55,953 nucleotides of DNA from positions 1 through 55,953 of the forward strand of contig DSAS01000187.1 of assembly GCA_011046365.1 (NCBI GenBank). Direction: 5' to 3'. The stretch's first letter is position 1; each line of letters begins with the position of its first letter. The DNA comes from Fidelibacterota bacterium (GTDB lineage Bacteria; Fidelibacterota; UBA2242). This document shows, piece after piece, positions 1-8,427 of the stretch. Position numbers and translations under genes: made by a program. The notes under the pieces are model-generated. The model saw nothing but the letters and a program-made list of their open reading frames with translations, had not been told where the DNA came from and did no database searches.

Positions 1-1026
1 CAGGTTCTCCTGATATCCGGAAAAACAATCGAGCCACTCTGGGACCCGCTGCAATATGCGCAGGCGAACGGTTTTTCAATCCAATTTGTGGAATCCCTGA
101 TTCGTCCGCTCCAGCCCTTCAAGGATTTTCAGGCATTTTTACAGCTGGTAGCCATTTTTCGAACATTCCGACCGGACATCCTGCATACCAATTCCTCTAA
201 AGCGGGAATCCTCGGACGATTAGCCGGTCACTACTGCAGAATTCCAAAGATATTCCACTCGCCGCACGGGCATATATTCTATGGCTACTATAGCCAAATC
301 ATCAGCCGTGTGTTCATTCTGCTGGAAAAGTTGGCGGCGCACTACACGACAAAAATTTTCAACCTGACGGAAGCCGGGCGCCAGGATCACATCGCGATGC
401 GGGTTGCTCGCCCGGAAAAATTCGTCGTTTCCTCCTGCGGCGTTGATCTGCACCCGTTTTACGATAATCCATCTCGCAACATCTCAAATCCACCAAATAA
501 CTCCCTGGCAATCATCTGGATCGGGCGCCTCGTCCCCATAAAAAATCTGCAAATGCTGCTGAATGCGTTAGTCAACCTGAAACAGTCCAATCTGAAACTG
601 GAAGTGACCATCGTCGGCGATGGTGAATTGCGCTCAGCTTCAGAAGAATTCGTCGCAAAACAGCATCTTGAAAACGTTCAATTTCTCGGTTATCGCCACG
701 ATATCCCCGGCTTACTTGCCCGACATGACCTGTTTGTTTTGACATCTCTCAATGAAGGTTTCGGGCGGGTTCTGGTGGAGGCAATGGCGTGCGGTCTGGT
801 GATTGTCGCCACCCGAGTCGGCGGCGTACCGGAGGTGATTCAGCATCAAAAAAACGGTCTGCTGGTGGAATCCCGTAACCATCGAGAATTGGCTGACTCT
901 ATCCAGTATCTGTTTGAAAACCGAAAAATTTGTCGAAATATTGGAATGTTTAACAGAAAATGTGCGGAATTTTATTCCCTGAACAATTATATTAGCAGAG
1001 TAATCAACTTTTACAACGAATTTTGA
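1..1026 (+). CDS. glycosyltransferase family 4 (GT-B fold), N-terminus cut by window edge
   Basis: The reading frame is open from nt 1 (QVLLISGKTIEPLW...), so the ORF-track start at 88 is probably internal. The C-terminal half carries the GT4/GT1 signature NEGFGRVLVEAMACGLVIVATRVGGVPEVIQHQKNGLLV. Confidence 0.85.
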   Translation, partial: QVLLISGKTIEPLWDPLQYAQANGFSIQFVESLIRPLQPFKDFQAFLQLVAIFRTFRPDILHTNSSKAGILGRLAGHYCRIPKIFHSPHGHIFYGYYSQIISRVFILLEKLAAHYTTKIFNLTEAGRQDHIAMRVARPEKFVVSSCGVDLHPFYDNPSRNISNPPNNSLAIIWIGRLVPIKNLQMLLNALVNLKQSNLKLEVTIVGDGELRSASEEFVAKQHLENVQFLGYRHDIPGLLARHDLFVLTSLNEGFGRVLVEAMACGLVIVATRVGGVPEVIQHQKNGLLVESRNHRELADSIQYLFENRKICRNIGMFNRKCAEFYSLNNYISRVINFYNEF

Positions 1027-2579
1027 AAGCGATGAAAACCTGGATTAAAATCAGCTTAGCAGCGCTACTCCTCTTATCGGGCTCGACAGCTCAGATCAAT
1101 CGAAATTACCATCGCTTGAAAACCGGCATCCACTTCGATTCCAAGGTCAGCGGCGGCTCATATACACTGGGTGAACTGGCGGGAATAGCCAGTAACTTCG
1201 GACTGGATGTCGCCATTATCACCGATCACGACAACATGAAAGTATCCTACGGGATTCAACCCTTTCAAAAATTTCTCAGATTCTCTATTCAGGAAAACTC
1301 CGTCAGCCGTTACGGTGTCGAAAAATACCTGCAGGAAATTGACCAGATTGATCGGATTTTTCCGGATATCATCTTTATTCCGGGCATCGAAGCCGTGCCC
1401 TATTACTACTGGCAAGGCTCACCACTCTATAACAACCTGACCCTGCGAAACTGGCACACCCATCTGCTGGTATTCGGCTTTGACGATGTGGAGGATTTTA
1501 AAAATATACCCTCTATCGCAAACGGCAAACTGGGATACCAGAAACCACGTTCCGGCAAACTAATGAAATTTATCTCCGCCAACTTCATGTATTTTTCGAT
1601 AATTTTTCTCTATTTTATCCTGTTCATAATTGCCTTTTTTTCCATTATTAAACGGTCGCGCCGGCGCCACGATGTCGCACATGTTGCCCGGAAAAGACGA
1701 AGGAAATACCGGTTCAGCTGGAAAGCGTTTCTGCTTGCCGTACTATTGGGCTACATTCTCTATACCGAATATCCGTTTCTACCGGATAAATACGATCAAT
1801 ATCACGGCAACCAGGGCGCCGGTCCGTTCCAGGCGCTGATTGACTACGTCAACGACAATAACGGTCTGATTTATTATGCTCACCCGGAGGTTTCAAATTC
1901 CCTTGTTCGGTCGGTTAATATCCCTTTCCTTTCACAATCCATCAAAATCGAAACCGATGCCTATCCGGACCTGATCACAGAGACCAGGGATTACACCGGA
2001 TTCTGCATCTTCTGGGAAGGAATGCGTACAGTCGGACGACCCGGCGGTTTGTGGGACATCACGCTGGATGAATACTGCCGGGGTTACCGTAAAAAACCGG
2101 TTTATGCCATTGGCGAACTGGACTTTGAAGAGAGTAATGAGCTCAAGCAGGTGACGGCTACTAGCACCTTCCTTTTTGCCAAAGAACGCAGCCGCAAAGG
2201 GGTCTATGAAGCACTGCGCAGCGGACGTTCCTACGCGACCCGCGATTTCGTCGGTAATGAGCTCTTCCTGGATGAATTCGCCGTATACGATATCGCCACT
2301 CAGCGCAGCGCCTTTATCGGCGAAACATTGACACTGTCTGCGGCACCGGTTGCCGTTCATATTCAGATGCATTCTATCCATACAAATCCGCCAGCCCAGT
2401 CCGTTTATATCTATAAAAACTCAGATTTAGTCAAAACCTATCAGATGCGCGGTTCGCTGGATGAATGGTTTGTGGATGAAGAGCCGCTTCCGGATAGGAT
2501 GGTTTATTACCGGGTCTATGTGGGTAAACGAGATTATATTACGCTGGCGACAAATCCTATATTCGTCAAAAAATATTGA
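1023..2579 (+). CDS. PHP-domain-like (metal-dependent phosphoesterase fold) membrane-anchored protein
   Basis: Signal peptide MKAMKTWIKISLAALLLLSGSTAQ. PHP-like motifs GIHFDS...GLDVAIITDHDN and later YYAHPE. A central pair of hydrophobic helices flanks a very basic loop. ATGA-type overlap with the upstream GT4 gene. Confidence 0.5.
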   Translation: MKAMKTWIKISLAALLLLSGSTAQINRNYHRLKTGIHFDSKVSGGSYTLGELAGIASNFGLDVAIITDHDNMKVSYGIQPFQKFLRFSIQENSVSRYGVEKYLQEIDQIDRIFPDIIFIPGIEAVPYYYWQGSPLYNNLTLRNWHTHLLVFGFDDVEDFKNIPSIANGKLGYQKPRSGKLMKFISANFMYFSIIFLYFILFIIAFFSIIKRSRRRHDVAHVARKRRRKYRFSWKAFLLAVLLGYILYTEYPFLPDKYDQYHGNQGAGPFQALIDYVNDNNGLIYYAHPEVSNSLVRSVNIPFLSQSIKIETDAYPDLITETRDYTGFCIFWEGMRTVGRPGGLWDITLDEYCRGYRKKPVYAIGELDFEESNELKQVTATSTFLFAKERSRKGVYEALRSGRSYATRDFVGNELFLDEFAVYDIATQRSAFIGETLTLSAAPVAVHIQMHSIHTNPPAQSVYIYKNSDLVKTYQMRGSLDEWFVDEEPLPDRMVYYRVYVGKRDYITLATNPIFVKKY

Positions 2580-2587
2580 TAAAAGGA

Positions 2588-2773
2588 TCAATCCTTGGTT
2601 TTGTAGGCTATTTTATATAATAAAAAAGTGATCGCTGCCAGAAAGCAAAACTGGGCAAATTGCAGATACGCCTGAGCTTCGACAAAAAAGGGTTTCATTG
2701 TAAAGCGTGAAACCAGCCCCAGAATCAGCGAAATAACAGCCAGAATCATGCAGCTCTTAATAATTGTCCCCAT
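2588..2773 (-). CDS. small two-TM membrane protein, unknown function
   Basis: The 61-aa ORF has two hydrophobic helices. A strong Shine-Dalgarno (tGGAGGaaat) lies directly upstream of the ATG on the minus strand. Confidence 0.55.
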   Translation of the reverse strand: MGTIIKSCMILAVISLILGLVSRFTMKPFFVEAQAYLQFAQFCFLAAITFLLYKIAYKTKD

Positions 2774-2851
2774 ATTTCCTCCAAATGTTACACCTAATCA
2801 AAAATTTCAAGTCAAATTAATTCATCAGGATACAATAATCAAGCGAATAAT

Positions 2852-3550
2852 ATGATTTGTGCCGTACATCAGCCGCAGACCTTTCCCTGGCTTGGATATT
2901 TCGCCAAGATCATGCAGGCGGATATTTTCGTCATTCTCGACAACGTTCAGTTCAAGAAAAATGAATGGCAAAACCGCAATCGCATTAAATCCGCCAACGG
3001 ACCCCAATGGCTGACTGTCCCGGTTATTCATCATTTCGGGCAACTCATCAAAGATGTGCAGATCAACGACCGGATCAACTGGCGGAATAAACACATCCAG
3101 GCTTTGAAAAGTAATTACAGCAAAGCCCCCTACTTTCACGATTATTTACCGGAATTGGAACAACTCTACGAGCGGGATTGGCAATATCTGGCAGAATTCA
3201 ATCTCGCCGGCATCCGCTGGATTCTTGAAAAACTGAATGTTACTAAACCTTTAAAAATTGCCTCTAAGATTCAGGAATTGCAGAACAGAGATGATCTCAA
3301 CGCCGATGAGCGCTTGATTTTTCTCACACAGATACATCAGGCTGACACCTATCTGTCCGGCGCCGGCGGGCACGATTACCTTGACACCGGGCTGTTTCCG
3401 AAAAACAGTATCCGGTTGATTTTTCAACATTTTGAGCACCCAGGTTATTCTCAGCAATACGGTAATTTTATCAGCCACCTGTCGGTTCTGGACCTCATAT
3501 TCAATGCAGGACCTGCGGCATACAATATTATCCAGAAAGGAATTCGATGA
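2852..3550 (+). CDS. WbqC family protein
   Basis: The N-terminus MICAVHQPQTFPWLGYFAKIMQADIFVILDNVQFKKNEWQNRNRIK is the characteristic WbqC-like signature. It sits in a sugar-modification cluster. Confidence 0.8.
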   Translation: MICAVHQPQTFPWLGYFAKIMQADIFVILDNVQFKKNEWQNRNRIKSANGPQWLTVPVIHHFGQLIKDVQINDRINWRNKHIQALKSNYSKAPYFHDYLPELEQLYERDWQYLAEFNLAGIRWILEKLNVTKPLKIASKIQELQNRDDLNADERLIFLTQIHQADTYLSGAGGHDYLDTGLFPKNSIRLIFQHFEHPGYSQQYGNFISHLSVLDLIFNAGPAAYNIIQKGIR

Positions 3551-4188
3551 AAGCACATTACAAAAAAATGAACATCCTGGCAATTGGTGCCCATCCCGAT
3601 GATATCGAAATCGGCTGTGGCGGTACATTGGCAAAGTACGCCTCCTACGGTCACAACATCTATACGTTCATCGCCACCGACGGCAGTGCCGGTACCGGAA
3701 AGGCACAAATTCGGAGAAAAGAGGCGGAAAATTCTGCAAATATTCTGAAAGTCCGGGATATATTTTGGGGCATGTATGCGGATACGGAATTGCAAATCAA
3801 TAAAGATGCAATCATGAAAGTCGAAGATACCATCAAAAAGATTAATCCGGATAGTATTTTCGTCAACTACCATGACGACACTCATCAGGACCACCGGCAT
3901 ATTGCCGCGATTACCAATTCAGCCACCCGCTATATTCGCAACGTATTGTATTATGAAACCCCGACCAGCCAAAATTTCCAGCCCAATGTGTTCGTGGACA
4001 TCGGTCAGCAGTTTTTGGACATTAAAATCGAGTCCCTGAAAGCCCACGCATCGCAAATTGACCGCACCAATATCTCGGGCGTTTCTATTCTGGAGGTCGC
4101 CAAATCGGCGGCGCACTTCCGGGGCGTCCAGGCGCGGGTCGCCTATGCCGAGGCATTTCAATCATTGAGACTGTTTATCAATATATGA
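3547..4188 (+). CDS. PIG-L family (LmbE-like) deacetylase
   Basis: ILAIGAHPDDIEIGCGGTLAKY motif plus downstream HQDHRH. ATGA overlap with wbqC. The true start may be the MNILAIG Met. Confidence 0.85.
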   Translation: MKAHYKKMNILAIGAHPDDIEIGCGGTLAKYASYGHNIYTFIATDGSAGTGKAQIRRKEAENSANILKVRDIFWGMYADTELQINKDAIMKVEDTIKKINPDSIFVNYHDDTHQDHRHIAAITNSATRYIRNVLYYETPTSQNFQPNVFVDIGQQFLDIKIESLKAHASQIDRTNISGVSILEVAKSAAHFRGVQARVAYAEAFQSLRLFINI

Positions 4189-5240
4189 TGGTTCCCCACT
4201 ACCGTCCCAGTTTTTCAGAAAAGGAACTCAAAGCCGTTCAGACGGTAATCGCCTCCGGTTACATCGCTCAGAATGGACAGGTTCTGCAACTGGAATCGGT
4301 CCTGTCCGGTTTCGTCGGAAAAAAATTCGGCATCGCCGTTTCCTCAGGCACCAGCGCGCTGATCCTCGCCCTGAAAGCCCTGCAAATCAAACCCGGCGAT
4401 GAGGTGATAATCCCCAGCTATACCTGCAGCGCTTTATGGCACGCTGTCAAAGCGGTAAATGCGGTGCCGATTTTCGCCGATATCGAAACGGAAAGTTATA
4501 ATCTCGATTCTGCTGACGTGAAAAACCGGATCAGCCACAAGACCAAAGCGGTCATTTTTCCGCACATGTTCGGGCAACCGGGCTATATTCAGGAAGTGGT
4601 CTCTTTGGGCATCCCCCTTATCGAGGATATCGCCCAGGCTATCGGCGCCACAATCAATAACCGACCGGTAGGCAGTTTCGGCGCCATCAGTATCGTATCT
4701 TTTTATGCCACAAAGGTCATTGGCGCCGGTGAAGGTGGCATGCTATTTACCGACGAACCGGCAGCTGATTCCTATCTCAGAGATTTACGAGAATATGATG
4801 AAAAAGATAACCTGATTCCGCGAATGAATGCCAAAATGAGCGATCTAACCGCCGCCATCGCACTGAGTCAGTTTAAAAAATTGCCGGAGTTTACCGAAAT
4901 ACGCCGTCGTATTCTGGAAGAATACAAAAATATTCTGGGAGAATATATGATCCTTCCCGCGCAGAATCCCAACCTGCGGTCTAATCTGTTTCGCTGTGTT
5001 GCCATTCACCCCGATCATAATGCAGACCAGTTGATCCAAACAGCCAAAGCAGAGGAGGTTAACGTCAGAAAACCGGTCTTCAAACCACTCCACAGCTATC
5101 TCCCGGGGATCACGCTGAAAAATACCGAGGACGCCTGGCAAAAACAGATCTCTATACCCCTGTTTCCCGATCTGAACGCCAGCGAAATCGAAACGGTATT
5201 GAACTTTTTGCAAAAAATAATGGGTAACCATAATGACTGA
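4185..5240 (+). CDS. DegT/DnrJ/EryC1/StrS family sugar aminotransferase
   Basis: SSGTSALILALKAL, IIPSYTC and SFYATKVIGAGEGGMLF (PLP-lysine region). ATGA overlap with the upstream gene. Confidence 0.9.
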   Translation: MMVPHYRPSFSEKELKAVQTVIASGYIAQNGQVLQLESVLSGFVGKKFGIAVSSGTSALILALKALQIKPGDEVIIPSYTCSALWHAVKAVNAVPIFADIETESYNLDSADVKNRISHKTKAVIFPHMFGQPGYIQEVVSLGIPLIEDIAQAIGATINNRPVGSFGAISIVSFYATKVIGAGEGGMLFTDEPAADSYLRDLREYDEKDNLIPRMNAKMSDLTAAIALSQFKKLPEFTEIRRRILEEYKNILGEYMILPAQNPNLRSNLFRCVAIHPDHNADQLIQTAKAEEVNVRKPVFKPLHSYLPGITLKNTEDAWQKQISIPLFPDLNASEIETVLNFLQKIMGNHND

Positions 5241-6372
5241 CCGGCAACGCATCTACTTCAGACTGCTTGTACTACCCTTTGTGCTGGCGCTGCTAATGCC
5301 ATATCTTTTGAAGGACTGGTTTTTTAGCCATCACATCGCATTTATCTATTACTTTCTGGTATCTTTTTTAATGTGCTTCGGTCTGGTGCCGCTATTTTAC
5401 AAACTGGGCATTATTATGAATATCACCGACGTGCCGGGCGGACGCCACCATCACAAGGAGCAGACCCCCCGCACCGGCGGATTGGCGATTTATATCACTT
5501 TTGTGTCCGCCCTGCATATCTATACCAATCCGCCGCCAGAGTTTCAGGGATTGTTCTGGGCGATCACCATCATCGCCGGATTCGGCATTCTGGATGATAT
5601 CCGGGGCATACCCGCATCCATCAAGTTGATTGGTCAGATACTGGCAACCATTGTACTGATCTATTATGGGATTATCATCTCCTTTCTACCCGATCAACCC
5701 TTCTGGCGGGTATTTTCGATTATCCTGACTTTTCTGTGGGTTATCGGAATTACCAATGCCATTAATTTTCTCGATGGTCTGGATGGTCTGGCAAGCGGTC
5801 TGGCAATCGTGATCAGTTTTTTTTACGCCGCAATCTCCTGGTCCATCGGCAATCCCTTTGTCTTTATCGTCAGCCTGATTTTCATGGGAACCGTCAGTGG
5901 TTTTTTCCTGTATAATTTCCGGCTGGGAAAGCAGGGACTGATCTTTTTGGGAGATACCGGCAGTACAATTATCGGCTTTACCCTCGCCGCGCTGGCGATT
6001 TACGGCGACTGGGGCATTCACAAAAGCGTGGACCTGGCAATCCCCGTCCTGCTGCTTGCCGTCCCGATTACGGATTTACTATTAACCAATATCATGCGCA
6101 TTGTCAGGAAAAAGGTTCATTCGGTGCGCGAATTGCTCGAATTCGCCGGTAATGATCACCTGCACCACCGGCTCAAGGCGATCGGCTTACGACCAAAAGC
6201 CGTTGTAATCACCCTATGTCTGTTCACCATTCTCATGGGACTACTGTCCCTTCTGTTGAAACGGGGCGACTATTCTGAAAGTTTTGTTGCATTAGGCATT
6301 GGAATTATTATATTTTCCACCGGTGTTGCTTTTTTGATTTTTATGGAAAAGAGACACAACGAAATACAATAA
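5233..6372 (+). CDS. MraY/WecA-like polyprenyl-phosphate sugar-1-phosphate transferase
   Basis: Polytopic membrane protein with the NAINFLDGLDGLASG and GDTGSTIIGF motifs. 8-nt overlap with the degT-like gene. Confidence 0.85.
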   Translation: MTDRQRIYFRLLVLPFVLALLMPYLLKDWFFSHHIAFIYYFLVSFLMCFGLVPLFYKLGIIMNITDVPGGRHHHKEQTPRTGGLAIYITFVSALHIYTNPPPEFQGLFWAITIIAGFGILDDIRGIPASIKLIGQILATIVLIYYGIIISFLPDQPFWRVFSIILTFLWVIGITNAINFLDGLDGLASGLAIVISFFYAAISWSIGNPFVFIVSLIFMGTVSGFFLYNFRLGKQGLIFLGDTGSTIIGFTLAALAIYGDWGIHKSVDLAIPVLLLAVPITDLLLTNIMRIVRKKVHSVRELLEFAGNDHLHHRLKAIGLRPKAVVITLCLFTILMGLLSLLLKRGDYSESFVALGIGIIIFSTGVAFLIFMEKRHNEIQ

Positions 6373-6414
6373 ATTGGTTTTTTTATGCCTTAAATTTGCC
6401 TAATTTTATTTGCC

Positions 6415-7212
6415 ATGTACGCCGACTATTGGAAATTAACAATAAAACCCTTTGAAAACTCGCCGGATCCACGGTTTCTCTATCATTCCGCTCAGCATGA
6501 TGAAGCCCTGATGCGACTGCTCTACTCCATCCAAAGTTCCAAGGGTTGCGCGCTGCTCACCGGGGAGTATGGTTGCGGAAAGACGCTGCTGATGCATACC
6601 ATTGTCAGCGAACTCTCCTCCGGGCAATTTGACATTGCCTACCTGACCAATCCGCGCTGGAGTGCCAATGAACTGGTTCAGGAAATCCTGTATCAATTGG
6701 AGATAACACCCGAAGGTACCAAGCGGATCGAGATGCTGCATTCGCTGAACGACTTTCTGTTTGAAAATGTCCGCAACGGTAAGCATACCATCATCATTGT
6801 TGATGAAGCCCAGATCATCGGCGACTATGAGACCTTTGAAGAACTGCGTCTGCTGCTGAATTTTCAATTGAATGACCGCTTTCTGCTGACCCTTTTTCTG
6901 GTCGGACAACCGGAACTCAACGATATTATAAAAAAAATCCCCCAACTGAATCAGCGCATCGCAGTGCGCTACCATCTGAAGCGGTTTACCCTGGAAGAAA
7001 CGAAAAATTATATCCAATATCGCCTGAGTGTCGCCGGTCGAACAACACCCATTTATACCGACGCCGCCTTTAAAGAAATCTATAACTACTCCCAAGGTAC
7101 TCCCCGTACAATCAACAATATTTGTGATTTGAGCCTGGTTATCGGCTTCGGCAAACATCTTGAGATGATTGATGCAGATACAATTACCGGAGTAATTGAA
7201 TCTGAGAAGTAG
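6415..7212 (+). CDS. ExeA-family AAA ATPase
   Basis: N-terminal FENSPDPRFLYHSAQHDEAL, Walker A GEYGCGKT, Walker B IIIVDEAQ, LVGQPEL and PRTINNICD. This is a full-length ExeA-like pattern. Confidence 0.8.
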   Translation: MYADYWKLTIKPFENSPDPRFLYHSAQHDEALMRLLYSIQSSKGCALLTGEYGCGKTLLMHTIVSELSSGQFDIAYLTNPRWSANELVQEILYQLEITPEGTKRIEMLHSLNDFLFENVRNGKHTIIIVDEAQIIGDYETFEELRLLLNFQLNDRFLLTLFLVGQPELNDIIKKIPQLNQRIAVRYHLKRFTLEETKNYIQYRLSVAGRTTPIYTDAAFKEIYNYSQGTPRTINNICDLSLVIGFGKHLEMIDADTITGVIESEK

Positions 7213-7218
7213 GCTGCC

Positions 7219-8409
7219 ATGGTACGAATGAAAGATGTCTTAAAATCCTATGATGATCTGCGGAAAGACCCGTCATCCTCCCGCCAACCGGATAAAAATG
7301 GTTCCGGCTCCTCCGGCAGTACCGGCAGTCTGAGCGGACTTGACGCCATTCGTAAAGCCATCCAGTCCGGATTGAGTCAGCAGAAACAGCAGGCTGAACA
7401 GGCGCCTCCACAAACGCCGACCACCCAACAATCAACCTTAGAAAGACTAAAAACGGCGCTGGGACCGAAAGAAAAAACAGCAGCCCTGTTAGAGGAAAAA
7501 AAGGAAAAACCGCTTTCTCCCGATGATGAGCAACACTCCGCTAAATTATACATGGTTTTCCATCGCCACATGGAAAAAATCAGCAATGATATTAAAAATG
7601 GGACTCCCATTGATCCCGCGCCGCTGATCAAAGATATACCGGATTTCTGTGATGCGATTGAAAACCAGGAATTTCTGTTCATCAAGGCAATTCAGCGTAA
7701 GCGGTTCGCTACCTGGTTCATCTCTCATTCCGTCAATGTGGGCGTTTTTTCCGTTAAAATCGGTCTGGGTATGAAATATAATAAAGAGAAGCTGCATTCT
7801 CTGGCGCTGGCAGCCCTGCTCCACGATGTGGGCATGATCAAGATTCCGACGAAGATACTTTTCAAACATGGCAAGTTGAGCCCCAGTGAATTCGATCAGA
7901 TCCGGAAACATCCGAAGTATAGCTACGAACTTTTAAAGCATCTAGAAAAAGACTATCCTTTCGTCGTGGAAGCCGCCTATCAGGAACAGGAACGCGAAGA
8001 CGGATCGGGTTACCCGCAGGGATTAAAATCCGAAAATATTTGTGAATTTGCCAAAGTCATCGGCATTGCCGATGTTTTCGAAGCCCTGGTCCACGGACGC
8101 GCCTACCGCGACGGCTTTATCACCTATCACGCCATTCAGAAAATCATCGAAAATAAATCCAAACAGTTCAATGTAAAAATCATTCGCGGGCTCGTCAACA
8201 GCGTCTCCATGTTTCCTGTCGGCAGCTATGTGAAATTAAGTTCCGATGAGATTGCCCGGGTCATTACTGTTAACCGCTTACGCCCGGTACGCCCGGTCGT
8301 GGAAGTGATCGAAGATGCCGACGGTCGAAAATTGAAAACTCCCCTGCGTATTAATCTTGAAGAGGAGCCGCTGCTTTATATTACCAAGCCGATGGTTGAC
8401 TATCCTTAG
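7219..8409 (+). CDS. HD-GYP domain protein (putative c-di-GMP phosphodiesterase) with low-complexity N-terminus
   Basis: HDVGMIKIP, HPKYSYELL and EDGSGYPQGL motifs. The N-terminal 100 aa or so are rich in S, Q, P and K. Confidence 0.8.
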   Translation: MVRMKDVLKSYDDLRKDPSSSRQPDKNGSGSSGSTGSLSGLDAIRKAIQSGLSQQKQQAEQAPPQTPTTQQSTLERLKTALGPKEKTAALLEEKKEKPLSPDDEQHSAKLYMVFHRHMEKISNDIKNGTPIDPAPLIKDIPDFCDAIENQEFLFIKAIQRKRFATWFISHSVNVGVFSVKIGLGMKYNKEKLHSLALAALLHDVGMIKIPTKILFKHGKLSPSEFDQIRKHPKYSYELLKHLEKDYPFVVEAAYQEQEREDGSGYPQGLKSENICEFAKVIGIADVFEALVHGRAYRDGFITYHAIQKIIENKSKQFNVKIIRGLVNSVSMFPVGSYVKLSSDEIARVITVNRLRPVRPVVEVIEDADGRKLKTPLRINLEEEPLLYITKPMVDYP

Positions 8410-8427
8410 TCCGGCACAGCTCTAATT

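Noticed and set aside
6436-7158. A 240-aa minus-strand ORF.
   Set aside because: It is antisense to the ExeA-like ATPase, whose Walker motifs unambiguously identify the plus-strand frame.
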